This document shows positions 1 to 11,101 of a stretch of 64,000 nt of DNA, piece by piece. The stretch comes from a virus (lineage: Duplodnaviria; Heunggongvirae; Uroviricota; Caudoviricetes). Positions within the stretch are counted from its first letter, which is position 1; each line of letters opens with the position of its first letter. Below the pieces are notes generated by a model, which saw only the letters and a program-made list of their open reading frames with translations, ran no database searches and was not told where the DNA came from. The translations under genes and the position numbers were made by a program. Location: IMG/VR virus record IMGVR_UViG_3300042561_000621, one strand, 5' to 3'.

Positions 1-3000
1 AGTAAACTATTTAAATATGCAGGACAAGCTGCTGATGGTAATACTTTAGGTTATGCTTTAAACTTGTTAGATAAAGGCGGTACATACACTGGTATGAAAG
101 TTGCTAGTACAAAGTTATCAGCAGCAAAGTGGATTATTGGTGCCTTGTTTATACCACAACTTGTTGGTACTGAATACTTACAAAGAACTGGCTTATCATT
201 AGCTGGTTCATTTATAGCACAATCTTTACTAACAACAGGTACAACAAACACTGTTGCAGAATTACAAAGCACTAACTTTGTAAGTGTTAAAGAAGTAGCA
301 AGAGGAATGGGTTTAGATGTTAATACAAGTAACTTAATAGGTGGTGTTGAAACATTAGTTAGTATGGCTGGTATTGCTAATTGGGCTTATAATCATGCTT
401 CTACTTTTGCTCCTGAAATACATGCAAATGTATTAAAAGGACAAAGAGTATTTGACATGATAGATGCAATATCAATTAGCACTGATTCTGATGGACTAGC
501 TACTAATTATAAAAAAGTTACAGGCTTGCAATCTATACAAGATATTGTAGGCAAAAGAGGTGGTCTTAGTGCTAAGATTGGCAATAGTGAAATAGCCTTC
601 AACATTGTTAGAGATAATAATGATAAGATTGTTGGTTTACAGGCTTTAAATGCAAAGGTAATGAAGAACATGACTTCATTTACTATTAGTTTAGGTTTAA
701 CATTAGCTGCTATGCAAACAGCCAGATATGTTGTGTCATCTGTTATTAATAGTGAAAGACAACTAACTGGTTCAGCTTTCTTATCAACTTATTTATTAGC
801 ATTACCAGCTACTATACTTGCTGGTGCAGCAACTATTGATAACATAGCTCACACTGCTAATTGGGTAGGAGCTATGACTGGTAAGAAAGTTGGTCATAAC
901 AACTATTACTTAACAGGGAAAGTTGCTATGGGTGGCTTGTATGCATTACAAGGGGCAACTAATATGATGTTTAAGAATGGTGTAACAACAGCAGTATCCT
1001 TAAGTTTACTAGCAGCTACCGCTTGGTTAGGTTATACACACAAGTTAACCCCTTTTCAAGGTGATATAAACGGACCAAAAGCTGATGAGTTAAACATGAC
1101 AGCAATGACTAAACTTGGTAGTTATGTTGCACATGTTAATAGAAGAATACAAGAAGCTAAAGACAGGGGTAGGGATAATGCCATAAGTGAAAGAGTATCA
1201 CCACTTGAAGTTAATGCAGCATTATTAGCAGTATCTTTAGGTAAGATTATGAACCCTATCTTATCATCACAAAAGGGTAGTACAGCATATGTTACAGCTA
1301 TACAGTCACCCACACCAATCTTCCAGTTTTATAGTGTTATTAAAAAGATAGAAGATAGAGGGGGTAATAGTTATACAACAGTTGGATTAGGTTTACAAGG
1401 ACCACCTGCATTTGGCTTTGCACCTATAAATGTAAGCTTACCAATAGCATTTGCAATGAACAAAGAAAGTGCAAATGGTGTAGCTTTAAAAACAGGTTTC
1501 TTAGGTTCTGGGATAGTACTTAATGAAAACAATAAAGATGGTTTATCTCTTAATGATTATGCAAGTATATATGGTCAGATTGCTCTCTGGAGTAGTGTTG
1601 GATTAACAGTATCCAGTACACTTAGTAGCAATAGATCATGGGGATCAACTAGACAAATACTTAAAGCTGGAGGAACATTTGTACCATCAGAGCCACTTCT
1701 AATTCAATCAATGAGAAGTGGTAGAGATAAGTTTATGGGCATTGCTACTTTACCCTTCTCTGTAGCAATGCAATCAATGAAACTAGCAACTGGTGATTTA
1801 AGAATGCCATCATTAAGATTAACTGGCAGTTCATTTATGCCTCTTATATTTAATGCAATAGCTGCTGGTGTATTCTCACAATTCTTAGTAGGAGTACATA
1901 GAGAAGCAACATTACCTTTTAAAGATTCACAAGATAAAAGTAAAAAAGATACATCTTGGAATTGGTGGGTTATTGGTCCTGGTGCTGCTTTATGGACAGG
2001 ATATCAATATTATAAAGGAACCATAGCAGCATCTAGAACATTAGCAAGCTTAGAAGATGTACTTATAACAGAAGGACCAGACTCTGTTAAGTTTGATAAG
2101 AAAAACATAGATCCTTTTATTAAATCTATGTATAACAATAATGCTTTAGGTATTAAAGGTTTACACACTTGGCTTAGAGGTAAAGGACTACAAGGTGGTT
2201 TATTTGGTACCTTTGCAAAGGATGGTTTAGATACTCAAATTAAAGGACCTAAAGGTAGACTTGGTAAAGGCATTGGATTAGTAATTGCTGGCGGCTTATG
2301 GAACCTCTTCTTAACAGATCCAAGAGTAGGAAAGATTAATCCTCAAGTAGCTTATGGTAACTTAAGAGATGACACAGAAGATACATATAGTGGAAGTATT
2401 AGAAGACTTACAACAATAGGAGTAACAACTGCTGCTTTTGTAGCAACTGCATCCTTATCTACATTAAATATTTGGAACTTTACATCAACTATTGATTATG
2501 AATCATTGATTGATAATTATGAACAAAGATTAAGAACAGTTAAAGTATTAGAATATAAACTTAAAAAAGGTGCTGGTTTTGGTGCATGGGCCAACTTACA
2601 ATATCAAAGAATGAAGTTAAATCAACAAGGATGGGAAGTTCAAGCAATCTATAAAGGTGATATGAATAAAAGTCCTATGATTGAATTTCTTGATGAGAAG
2701 GGTAAAGAGTTAAATAGTGCATTAAAGCAAAAAGATCCAACTGCAAACTTAAGACAAGTTGCAAAGGAAAGAGGAACTGCTGCTTTTACAAACTTACAAC
2801 AATTAGATACAACTGCTGGCACTGATTTAAATAGTATTGCTAAGAATAATGATGCAAAGTCAGTAATAAGTGCTATTAGAAATGGTTATACAGACTTAAA
2901 TCTTCCTCCTGATAAACAAGCTAAAAACTTAAGTAATGCTTTAAAGAACTCTGCTTGGTTAGGTGGTGGTAATTTAGGCATAAGAACTAGACAAATAGCA

Positions 3001-6000
3001 AACTTTGCAAAGTGGGGAGCTGCTGTTGGATTTATATTTAATCTTCCTAATTGGATGTCTAATGCTTTTGGTTATAAAGACTTTCAAGATGTCTTTTTAA
3101 AGGAAGATGAAGTAGGTAATAACAGTTGGAAGCAAGGCATAGTAGATGCTATTAAGATGATGACTGGACATGATAGAGCAAACAATTATGACATTGCTAG
3201 AGGATTAGTTGGACCTAACTTTAAAACAAGTGAAGGAGAGTTTTTATTATCACCTGATACTACTGTTAAGGGTAGTTTAAATAAAGCTATAAAGAACCTA
3301 CAAAAGCTAACATTATTTAACTCACCAAACATATTTATAGGAGCTGAATTAGGTGGTATAACAGTAAGAGCAGATGACAGTGATGCTAGAATTAGAGATT
3401 ACTTTCAACTACAATCAGCATCACAAGATTTTAGTAGTGCAATGTATTCAATGTCAGCAGTATTTGGCTTACAAGAACTTGCTAAGAAAGGCTTTCTAGC
3501 TAACGCTATTGTAGCCAAATTAAGAGGAATAGATGATGGACAAGATCTTAATCAAAACCAACTTAGAAGCTTTGGTGCTGACATTATTACAGCAGTATAT
3601 AGTCAACCAATAAGACAAGGTAAAGATAGAATTAAATTCACAGCACCTGATAAGTTTACATTAGATGCAATGCAGACTAATAAAGCCCTATCAATGTCAC
3701 TTAATCAAAGGTATAAAACACTTAGATCTTTATCTTATGCAAACATGATGCAGCTTGCTAACTTTACTTTGTTAAACAACATGAGTATAGCTGATCCTGC
3801 TATGCAAAATAAGATATATAAAGCTTTAATGAGACTTAATGAAGATGATCAAATGGGTCTAGGTGAAATTAGTCAAAACTTCTTTATGGGGGGTAAATTA
3901 GATGTTAATAAAGTAATACTTAAGGGTAAAAATGATAGTCCATTTACACCATTTAAGTTATCAATAGAAGAAACTAATAGTGAAAATGCATTTTCAGATT
4001 CAATGGGACTAGCAATGAGATCTACTACTAGTCAGTACTTAGAACCAAAGAACTTATTAGAAACTATTACTAGTAATGCTAATCAATTATTACCATCATC
4101 TATTAAGAGTATGGGTCAAATGCCAGGACCACTTTTATTAGCAATGTCAATACTAGGAATAGGAGGTTTATTAGTAGCAACATCTGCTGTTGTATTCTCA
4201 TTTAGTCAATCACAAGTAACTAAAGAGAATACAGCTTTATATAGACAACAAAGTAAGTTCTATGATGAAGGTGATTGGTTCTCTAAAAACAAAGTAGAAG
4301 CAGTTCAATTACAAGGGCCTGCAAAATTAGATGAGGTAACTCAACAATTACAAACTAGTCAATACTTATTATTTAAAAGAACAGGCGTAGTATTTAACAT
4401 AGCAGAAGGGTTAGATAGTAGTTTAATAACTCAATATACAAAACAAATAAATGAATTAGCAGGTGATTTATCCTTTACATTTGATAGCAACTATAGAAAC
4501 TTTTCAAAGAACTATGGACAAGTTGATTTTGATAAGTTAAATGACTTTTATGATAAACAAGTAAGTACTACTACAGAAGTTCCTACTGAAATAACTAGAG
4601 AGCAGAGAATAAATAGAAACTATGCTAGGTCTTTTACTCCAATAATGGCTAATGAGGATTTAAAGGTTACTTATGCAAAAGATCAAAAGATAATAGAACA
4701 TTTGTTAGATGAGTTTACTAACAAACAGTTATTAGATGCTTATTTAGAGGGTCAATACGAGGCTTATAAGGGTCAAAAGGACCCTAGTATTAGTAATAAA
4801 GGTGATTTTGCTAAGAAGTATTATCCTGGTTTTACCTATGATGATTTACTAAAACAACAGGTAGATAAATCATTTATAAGAGTAAATGATAAGACTAAAC
4901 CTGCACATGATTTAAACATCTTTGGTAAAGATAGAAATGCTGATATGTCTCATTCTATTAACAGAATGAAAGAAGTATATGCAGCCAAGTTTGATGTCAT
5001 TATTGATACTTACTTTGATGTGTTAGAGAGTAGAGTTACTGCTACATTTGTAGAGTTTCCAGATAGAAACATATATACAGAATTTATTGGTAGTGACTTG
5101 TATGACATTGACAGACCAACATCACAAGCTGATATTAAAAGCCATTTAACCAATAGAAGAATGGAGATGAAACAAAAACTTAGGATTAATATTAGTGATG
5201 AATTAACTAGATTATTTGCACCTAAGATAAGTGGTATGTGGGCTTTTGCAGATACCTTATTAACACTTGTAAAAGGAGGTAAAGTTGAAAATAACTTAGC
5301 TAGAATATCACTTGGAGCAGCAGATGCTGCCAAAAATACTATTATGGAAATAAGAGCAAAAGGTGGTAATGTCTTTGGTGGTAGAGGCAACATGGGTGCT
5401 AATACAGAACTAGGAAAGGCAGCCTTAGAAGCAGCAGAGAATCAACTTAAAGTTACTACTGGTCAAGGTGTTACTAATAGTATGAATGCAGGGCCAACAC
5501 CATCATCTATTAAAACTAATCTTGCTGGTAAGGGTGGCTGGGAATTCTTAACTTATGGAGGAAGTCTTATAATGAATGCTTTTCAAGCTGCACAATTTGC
5601 AAGTACTAACTTACTTACATTAAGAGCAGCAGCTTCTATTGCTTCATCTAAAACAGGTGAAAGGGAAAAGGAAATGGCCAAAGAAGAAATGGCTAAAGAA
5701 GGTTTTGAAAATATGTTTGCTGGTTTATTCTGGGGTGCAGTATTTGGTAATGAAAGTCTTAAGGCTTGGGGTATACCTACTGCTGTTGGATTAGTAGCGG
5801 GTTATATGGGTTATGACTTTATGCAAAAGAATAAGATTGTTGCTGGTGTAAGTGGAAGTATGTTTATAGTTGGGGGCATTAAACTATTTAAAGATGTTAA
5901 TAAACATTGGGGTCTATCAGTTGCTTTAATAGGGTTAACACTTGTAGGTAGAAGTGTATTTGATATGACTCCAGAAGCTTTAAAAACATTATCACCTGAA

Positions 6001-7500
6001 CTAGGAAACTTTATATCAGAGCAAGGTGATAGGTTTCAAAATTGGGGTAGATCAGGTTTTAGAGCATTACAAGATAATAGTGCTTATGTTACTAGTACTG
6101 CTGGTGCAGCATTTAGTGCAGGTGCTTTTTATAATTTAACTAGAGGTGGTAATCCTTTAATAAATTTAGGTATTTTAACAGTTGGTGCCCTATTATTTGG
6201 TAGTGGTATGGCTAAGATATTTGAAGATAAAAAGAATGTTAACCATAAAGCAGATGCAGCTAGTAGAGCAGGATTACATGTTATAGCTAACATGGTTGCT
6301 AGTAAATATAGTCCTAAACTAATTGATATGGCTGGTAACTTAGTAACTAAAACAATGGGAAGTAGAGCAGCAGAAGAAATAGCAAAGAATAAAGCAATAC
6401 AAGCAACAGGAGAAATGTTTACTAAAGCTGCTAACACAACAATAGGTAGAAGTATAACTAAATCAGCAGCAGCAAAAATAGTTGCTATAGGTGCTGGTAA
6501 AATTGCATTAGCAGCTAAAGGAATAGGATCATTATTAGGATCATTCTTTGCAGGGCCTTGGGGACTTGGAATAATGATAGGTATGTCAATCTTTGAACTT
6601 GTAAGTATATTAACAATACCAGATGAAATGGACAACCTAACATCTAATTTAAGTCATATGCCTAGTCAATGGATTGGACAGCCTGGCAACTTGTTATTAT
6701 CACCATCTAATCAAATATACAATGACAGAAAGTACAAAGATGTAGATGCTAGAAACCCTTTATTCTATGGCACTGTAACTGATGCTGCTAAAGAACAATG
6801 GTTAGAACAAGTAAGTACAATGGATGACATAACAGGTAGAAGTGCTGCTGGTAGAAACACTACATCATTTGATGCTCCTATGACTGGATATGATGCAACT
6901 GCAAGAGGTTATGGACCAAAGGGATTAGATCCAGTTGAAGACATGGCACAAAACATTAGAGGTAGACTATACACACAACAAGTAACAGGTAGACAATATA
7001 GAAATACTAAGATAGATGAAAGTATGAATAGAGAGATAATACAGCAAAGAATGACAACTGCTGAGAAGTTACAAGTACAGATGTGGGAGAGACAGATTAA
7101 CAATGCAGTTGACACACAAAATAAACAAATAACAGGCAAACCACCAACATCTGCTAAAGAATTTAGAAGTATAAATAATCAAGCAATGAAAGACATAGGA
7201 GAAATATCAAGTAAAGTTGCTAGTAACTTAAAAACTATAGAAGGTATAATTGCTAATCCAAATCTAGCATTAATAATGGAACAGTCTAAGATACCAACAG
7301 ATCCTACTAAACAAATATTCTTAGATGGTAAACATTTAATGTTATCTGCTAATAAAGTAGAAGTAACAAAAAATGATTTAGGTCAAAAGGTATATAATTT
7401 TAATAAAACAACTGCTCCTAATGCAGAAATTATAGCTATACAATATGCTAATCAAGGTATTGATCATGTTACTGCTAATACTTTAGGATCTCCCACTTAA
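1..7500 (+). CDS. Giant (>2499 aa, 5'-truncated) virion-associated protein, tape-measure or internal ejection-protein-like
   Basis: The frame is open from base 1 (SKLFKYAGQAADGNTLGYALNL...), so the TTG at 64 is internal. The protein is G/A/T/S-rich with many hydrophobic helices. No catalytic motif was recognised; the function is inferred from size and composition only. Confidence 0.55.
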   Translation, partial: SKLFKYAGQAADGNTLGYALNLLDKGGTYTGMKVASTKLSAAKWIIGALFIPQLVGTEYLQRTGLSLAGSFIAQSLLTTGTTNTVAELQSTNFVSVKEVARGMGLDVNTSNLIGGVETLVSMAGIANWAYNHASTFAPEIHANVLKGQRVFDMIDAISISTDSDGLATNYKKVTGLQSIQDIVGKRGGLSAKIGNSEIAFNIVRDNNDKIVGLQALNAKVMKNMTSFTISLGLTLAAMQTARYVVSSVINSERQLTGSAFLSTYLLALPATILAGAATIDNIAHTANWVGAMTGKKVGHNNYYLTGKVAMGGLYALQGATNMMFKNGVTTAVSLSLLAATAWLGYTHKLTPFQGDINGPKADELNMTAMTKLGSYVAHVNRRIQEAKDRGRDNAISERVSPLEVNAALLAVSLGKIMNPILSSQKGSTAYVTAIQSPTPIFQFYSVIKKIEDRGGNSYTTVGLGLQGPPAFGFAPINVSLPIAFAMNKESANGVALKTGFLGSGIVLNENNKDGLSLNDYASIYGQIALWSSVGLTVSSTLSSNRSWGSTRQILKAGGTFVPSEPLLIQSMRSGRDKFMGIATLPFSVAMQSMKLATGDLRMPSLRLTGSSFMPLIFNAIAAGVFSQFLVGVHREATLPFKDSQDKSKKDTSWNWWVIGPGAALWTGYQYYKGTIAASRTLASLEDVLITEGPDSVKFDKKNIDPFIKSMYNNNALGIKGLHTWLRGKGLQGGLFGTFAKDGLDTQIKGPKGRLGKGIGLVIAGGLWNLFLTDPRVGKINPQVAYGNLRDDTEDTYSGSIRRLTTIGVTTAAFVATASLSTLNIWNFTSTIDYESLIDNYEQRLRTVKVLEYKLKKGAGFGAWANLQYQRMKLNQQGWEVQAIYKGDMNKSPMIEFLDEKGKELNSALKQKDPTANLRQVAKERGTAAFTNLQQLDTTAGTDLNSIAKNNDAKSVISAIRNGYTDLNLPPDKQAKNLSNALKNSAWLGGGNLGIRTRQIANFAKWGAAVGFIFNLPNWMSNAFGYKDFQDVFLKEDEVGNNSWKQGIVDAIKMMTGHDRANNYDIARGLVGPNFKTSEGEFLLSPDTTVKGSLNKAIKNLQKLTLFNSPNIFIGAELGGITVRADDSDARIRDYFQLQSASQDFSSAMYSMSAVFGLQELAKKGFLANAIVAKLRGIDDGQDLNQNQLRSFGADIITAVYSQPIRQGKDRIKFTAPDKFTLDAMQTNKALSMSLNQRYKTLRSLSYANMMQLANFTLLNNMSIADPAMQNKIYKALMRLNEDDQMGLGEISQNFFMGGKLDVNKVILKGKNDSPFTPFKLSIEETNSENAFSDSMGLAMRSTTSQYLEPKNLLETITSNANQLLPSSIKSMGQMPGPLLLAMSILGIGGLLVATSAVVFSFSQSQVTKENTALYRQQSKFYDEGDWFSKNKVEAVQLQGPAKLDEVTQQLQTSQYLLFKRTGVVFNIAEGLDSSLITQYTKQINELAGDLSFTFDSNYRNFSKNYGQVDFDKLNDFYDKQVSTTTEVPTEITREQRINRNYARSFTPIMANEDLKVTYAKDQKIIEHLLDEFTNKQLLDAYLEGQYEAYKGQKDPSISNKGDFAKKYYPGFTYDDLLKQQVDKSFIRVNDKTKPAHDLNIFGKDRNADMSHSINRMKEVYAAKFDVIIDTYFDVLESRVTATFVEFPDRNIYTEFIGSDLYDIDRPTSQADIKSHLTNRRMEMKQKLRINISDELTRLFAPKISGMWAFADTLLTLVKGGKVENNLARISLGAADAAKNTIMEIRAKGGNVFGGRGNMGANTELGKAALEAAENQLKVTTGQGVTNSMNAGPTPSSIKTNLAGKGGWEFLTYGGSLIMNAFQAAQFASTNLLTLRAAASIASSKTGEREKEMAKEEMAKEGFENMFAGLFWGAVFGNESLKAWGIPTAVGLVAGYMGYDFMQKNKIVAGVSGSMFIVGGIKLFKDVNKHWGLSVALIGLTLVGRSVFDMTPEALKTLSPELGNFISEQGDRFQNWGRSGFRALQDNSAYVTSTAGAAFSAGAFYNLTRGGNPLINLGILTVGALLFGSGMAKIFEDKKNVNHKADAASRAGLHVIANMVASKYSPKLIDMAGNLVTKTMGSRAAEEIAKNKAIQATGEMFTKAANTTIGRSITKSAAAKIVAIGAGKIALAAKGIGSLLGSFFAGPWGLGIMIGMSIFELVSILTIPDEMDNLTSNLSHMPSQWIGQPGNLLLSPSNQIYNDRKYKDVDARNPLFYGTVTDAAKEQWLEQVSTMDDITGRSAAGRNTTSFDAPMTGYDATARGYGPKGLDPVEDMAQNIRGRLYTQQVTGRQYRNTKIDESMNREIIQQRMTTAEKLQVQMWERQINNAVDTQNKQITGKPPTSAKEFRSINNQAMKDIGEISSKVASNLKTIEGIIANPNLALIMEQSKIPTDPTKQIFLDGKHLMLSANKVEVTKNDLGQKVYNFNKTTAPNAEIIAIQYANQGIDHVTANTLGSPT

Positions 7501-7573
7501 ATAATGTTTTATTATTACATCTTATATACTGTATAATAGGTAAAGAATAAAATAAAACATAAATTAAAAATAA

Positions 7574-8662
7574 ATGTCTAAAACTATCAGACAAGAAAAC
7601 AGACCAGCAACATATTCTGTAAGTAAACTAAGAACGTTTCATACATGTTCAATGATGTATAAATACAAATATGTAGATAAGATTAGAGACAATTCATTAA
7701 CAAAAGCAACCTTAATTGGTTCCTGTTTACATCAAGCATTAGAAGATAATTACTTTCCTTTTATAGGTATTAATAATCCACCTACAACATTACCTGAACA
7801 AACAATATTAAAGGGTATAAATGATGTACTTAGCAAAGTATTTCTACATGATTTAACAGAGCAGATAGCACAAGTATATACATACTATCAAAGCATACAA
7901 GAGTTATATGTTAGAGCAAGTGCTAATTACATAGGACCAAATCCAATAAGAAAAGGAGATGGAACAGTAGCACAAGCACCTGAAATGACAGGAACATGGA
8001 AGAAAGAATTAGCTAAATTAAAAGTTGATAATATTGAAAAAGAATTAAATTCTTATATTAAATCAGTTGATGCTAGATGGATTAATTTAGATTTCTTTGA
8101 TATTGTTATTACAGTATTAAAAGTAGGAAGTAAGTTTAATTTAGACAGTAGAATTAAAAAAATAATAGGAGTTGAATTAGAGTTTTCACCAGAAACTAAT
8201 GTAATAGTTACTCCTAATACTACAGATAAAGGGCCTATTTTAGAAGCTTATATAGATTTAGTAGCAGAGCTTGATAATGGTGAAATTGCAATTATTGATT
8301 ATAAAAGTGGTAGTCAAGATTATAGTGAAGCTGAAATAGATTTTAACAGTCAGCTATTAATGTATTCATATGCTTATGAACAGTTAACAGGTAAAGCACC
8401 AAAATACATAGGTATATATAATCTAAGAACTAATAAATTATTATTATCAGAGATGATTCCTGCATTTAGAGAACAAGTAATAGAACAATTAACAGGTGTA
8501 CATAATGACATTGTTAATGCTAAGTTTGAAAAGAGATTACCTAACAAAGATACTGCTAATTCTTGTCCTTGTTTAGATCAATTCCATAAACCATGTCCTT
8601 TTTTACAAAATTGTTATCCTCAATTACATGATAAGTTAACTAATCCTTTAAGTAGTTTTTAA
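7574..8662 (+). CDS. Cas4/RecB-like PD-(D/E)XK exonuclease, probable Fe-S cluster
   Basis: YSVSKL..C, G..LH..LE, IDLV...IIDYKSG, QLLMYSYAY, and a C-terminal Cys cluster CPCLDQFHKPCPFLQNC. Confidence 0.85.
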   Translation: MSKTIRQENRPATYSVSKLRTFHTCSMMYKYKYVDKIRDNSLTKATLIGSCLHQALEDNYFPFIGINNPPTTLPEQTILKGINDVLSKVFLHDLTEQIAQVYTYYQSIQELYVRASANYIGPNPIRKGDGTVAQAPEMTGTWKKELAKLKVDNIEKELNSYIKSVDARWINLDFFDIVITVLKVGSKFNLDSRIKKIIGVELEFSPETNVIVTPNTTDKGPILEAYIDLVAELDNGEIAIIDYKSGSQDYSEAEIDFNSQLLMYSYAYEQLTGKAPKYIGIYNLRTNKLLLSEMIPAFREQVIEQLTGVHNDIVNAKFEKRLPNKDTANSCPCLDQFHKPCPFLQNCYPQLHDKLTNPLSSF

Positions 8663-8692
8663 CTATTACTTACAAACAATTAAATATGTATT

Positions 8693-8738
8693 TTATAGGC
8701 TTTATTATAGTAAACATATGCTATAATAAAGCCTATAA
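8693..8738. promoter_or_regulatory. 18-bp perfect inverted repeat containing an extended -10 box (TGCTATAAT, + strand)
   Basis: ttataggctttattatag / ctataataaagcctataa with a 10-nt loop, intergenic. Confidence 0.6.
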
Positions 8739-8903
8739 TTTTATCTATTTATATTTAATTAATTATAATTAATTATAACTACTTATCCTATCTTTATAGC
8801 TAAGGTATTACTTTTCCTTAATTAATCTTTAAGCTAAAATAAATATAAAATATTAAGTTTGATTTTAATAATAAAATTCATACAATAATAAGGAAGAAGA
8901 AAA

Positions 8904-9293
8904 TTGGCTCCACATGAAGGGCGTAGGCAACTATTAAATTATCTTAAAAGAGAATTTCCCTGGAAAAATCCTTTTATATATTCATATAAGAATGAAAGTG
9001 GAAAAACTTTAACACATGAGTTTAGTTGGACACAGGTAAACAAAGCAAGAGTATGGGCTGAGAAGATTAACCCAGAGAACTATAAAATACTAATGTATTT
9101 AACAAAGACAGAAAGAACAAGACAAGCAATTGCAGATGCAATGTATTTAGACATGACAACTGTAAAAAGAAGAGCAGATAAATGTTTAGATCAACTAATG
9201 CATTATTTAATTGGAACATATGTAAACTTAGAAAACTATGATGATTTAATTCAACCAATAGACCTTAGAGCTAAGATTGTAGAGTTTATATAA
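8904..9293 (+). CDS. HTH DNA-binding protein (sigma-70 region 4-like C-terminus)
   Basis: TRQAIADAMYLDMTTVKRR helix-turn-helix pattern. Confidence 0.55.
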   Translation: MAPHEGRRQLLNYLKREFPWKNPFIYSYKNESGKTLTHEFSWTQVNKARVWAEKINPENYKILMYLTKTERTRQAIADAMYLDMTTVKRRADKCLDQLMHYLIGTYVNLENYDDLIQPIDLRAKIVEFI

Positions 9294-9296
9294 AAT

Positions 9297-10079
9297 ATGA
9301 TTGATTCACATTTATTTATTAAAAAGATACAACAAGACTTAAGAGATCAACTAACATTAGATGGTAGAATTGGAGAAGAACCATATCAATTAATACTTAA
9401 TGATTTAGAATATATAAAAAACAAATTAGTAGAAGATGATAGATTAAATACACCTTCTATTATTCCTCCAAATGTAATTGATCAATATGGATTAGCTAGT
9501 TATTTAATACAGTTTTATCAAGCTGGCCAAACTATAATTAGTATTTCTAATTCATTATCAACATTAGCTGGTTTCGCTATTAGTATAGAAGACATAAATA
9601 CATGGCTAACAACTTATAAAGAAACAAATAGTTTATACATTAAACCAAATGAAAATAAAATAGGTTCTATTTTTGATGCAAGTTCAAGATATCAAGATTT
9701 ATATGAGAACTTATCAATTCTATTAGATGATATTAAATTAGCAAATGATAGTAACTTTAAAGGTAAATCAACTACAAAAGAACAAGTATTAATAGAACTT
9801 TTTAGAGAGATGAGAATGCTTACAACTGAAGCTGATAAGTTTGTATCAACTCAAATAAGAGCACAATCTATGAGGACACTAATAGCAGATATAGTTAATA
9901 CTATTGCTGCATATAATCCAATTGTAGCTAGAGATTTAATTACTATTATTAAAATGAAAAGTAGTTTATGGGACTCTTTATTATTAGGTGGTATCTCTCA
10001 ACCAATACTACATGAAGTTGATAAAAATACTATAAAGAAACACAGAGAAGAATTAAAAGAAGAAGAAGATGAAGATTAA
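9297..10079 (+). CDS. Hypothetical helical protein
   Basis: 260-aa ORF tightly coupled to the upstream gene, with an acidic C-terminus. Confidence 0.6.
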   Translation: MIDSHLFIKKIQQDLRDQLTLDGRIGEEPYQLILNDLEYIKNKLVEDDRLNTPSIIPPNVIDQYGLASYLIQFYQAGQTIISISNSLSTLAGFAISIEDINTWLTTYKETNSLYIKPNENKIGSIFDASSRYQDLYENLSILLDDIKLANDSNFKGKSTTKEQVLIELFREMRMLTTEADKFVSTQIRAQSMRTLIADIVNTIAAYNPIVARDLITIIKMKSSLWDSLLLGGISQPILHEVDKNTIKKHREELKEEEDED

Positions 10080-10118
10080 AAAAAAAGGAGGAACATTATT
10101 TAGTTCCTCTTTTTTTTA
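10078..10118. terminator. Bidirectional intrinsic terminator
   Basis: A-run, GAGGAAC, loop, GTTCCTC, T-run, between convergent genes. Confidence 0.8.
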
Positions 10119-10135
10119 ATTTAACTAATATTATT

Positions 10136-10951
10136 TTATCTAAATAATGGATTAAATTTAAAAATCTTACTAAATGTTTTTTGAATCCAAGTTCTTTTTA
10201 AGAGTATAGATTGCAGACAATCTTCTAATTCATTAGATATTTTATAAACTCTTTTTGTTAATGATTTATTACATAAAAAGTCTTCAAAGGATTTATTTAT
10301 AAAATGTATTTCTAATATTCCATATATATCTTTATTAACTGCTAATAATTTGTAGTATTTAGTAGTTGAATCAACTTTATCAATATATGAGTTAACTGTA
10401 TATTCTGACTCTATTTCATCAAATTTTCTATAAGATACAACAGAACCCAACTCTATTTCTTTTTTTATAGTATTTAAAGGTATATTTTGAATTTCTTTTT
10501 TATTAGATTTAGTATCATTACTAATAACTTCATAAATCATACTTAGTTTCATTTGATGAGAATTTGTATGATCAAATGTTCCATTATGTATCTTAGCTAT
10601 AGTAATTCTATCTGCATCTAAAACCCCTAGTAATTGATTCATTAAATCATCAATTCTATCTTGTATTATTAAATCTTCTTTTGTAATATAGTGATAAGTA
10701 TCTATTACTTGTTTAGGTAATATAATTACATTATTTATAGTTGTAACTATATCATTTGTTTTTTGAATTATAAATACAATTAAAAAGAAATATAATATAA
10801 AACTACCATCAGAATAATTTTCTAATCCTACTGCTTTTTTAAAATCATAAAATTTACTAGGAGGTACATTACTTTTTATTTCTGTCTTATTTGTATTATT
10901 AGTATTAGTAGTAATAATATTATTTATGGGTATATCATCTTTTTTAGACAT
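10136..10951 (-). CDS. Membrane-anchored GAF-like domain protein
   Basis: TM segment FILYFFLIVFII followed by LLGVLDADRITIAKIH...YEV...IYGILEIHF, which is a GAF-like pattern. Confidence 0.5.
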   Translation of the reverse strand: MSKKDDIPINNIITTNTNNTNKTEIKSNVPPSKFYDFKKAVGLENYSDGSFILYFFLIVFIIQKTNDIVTTINNVIILPKQVIDTYHYITKEDLIIQDRIDDLMNQLLGVLDADRITIAKIHNGTFDHTNSHQMKLSMIYEVISNDTKSNKKEIQNIPLNTIKKEIELGSVVSYRKFDEIESEYTVNSYIDKVDSTTKYYKLLAVNKDIYGILEIHFINKSFEDFLCNKSLTKRVYKISNELEDCLQSILLKRTWIQKTFSKIFKFNPLFR

Positions 10952-11101
10952 ATAATTATTATTATTTTAGATAATTTATTAGCTATAATAAACATTATTT
11001 ATATGAATATACTAAGACAAATAAATAATTAATAGACTACATTTTAACTGAATAATATATAATAATAAACATTATTAACAGTATATAAAACAATTAAAAT
11101 A

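Noticed and set aside
51-7139. Antisense ORFs inside the giant gene (and similar shadow ORFs such as 11310-11627, 24415-24675, 34688-34942, 53795-54049)
   Set aside because: They lie opposite well-supported genes and reflect codon bias; no motifs or RBS.
1-7500. Virion RNA polymerase (N4- or crAss-like)
   Set aside because: No DxDGD or DxxGR-type catalytic motif was seen in the visible part; the upstream part is outside the window.
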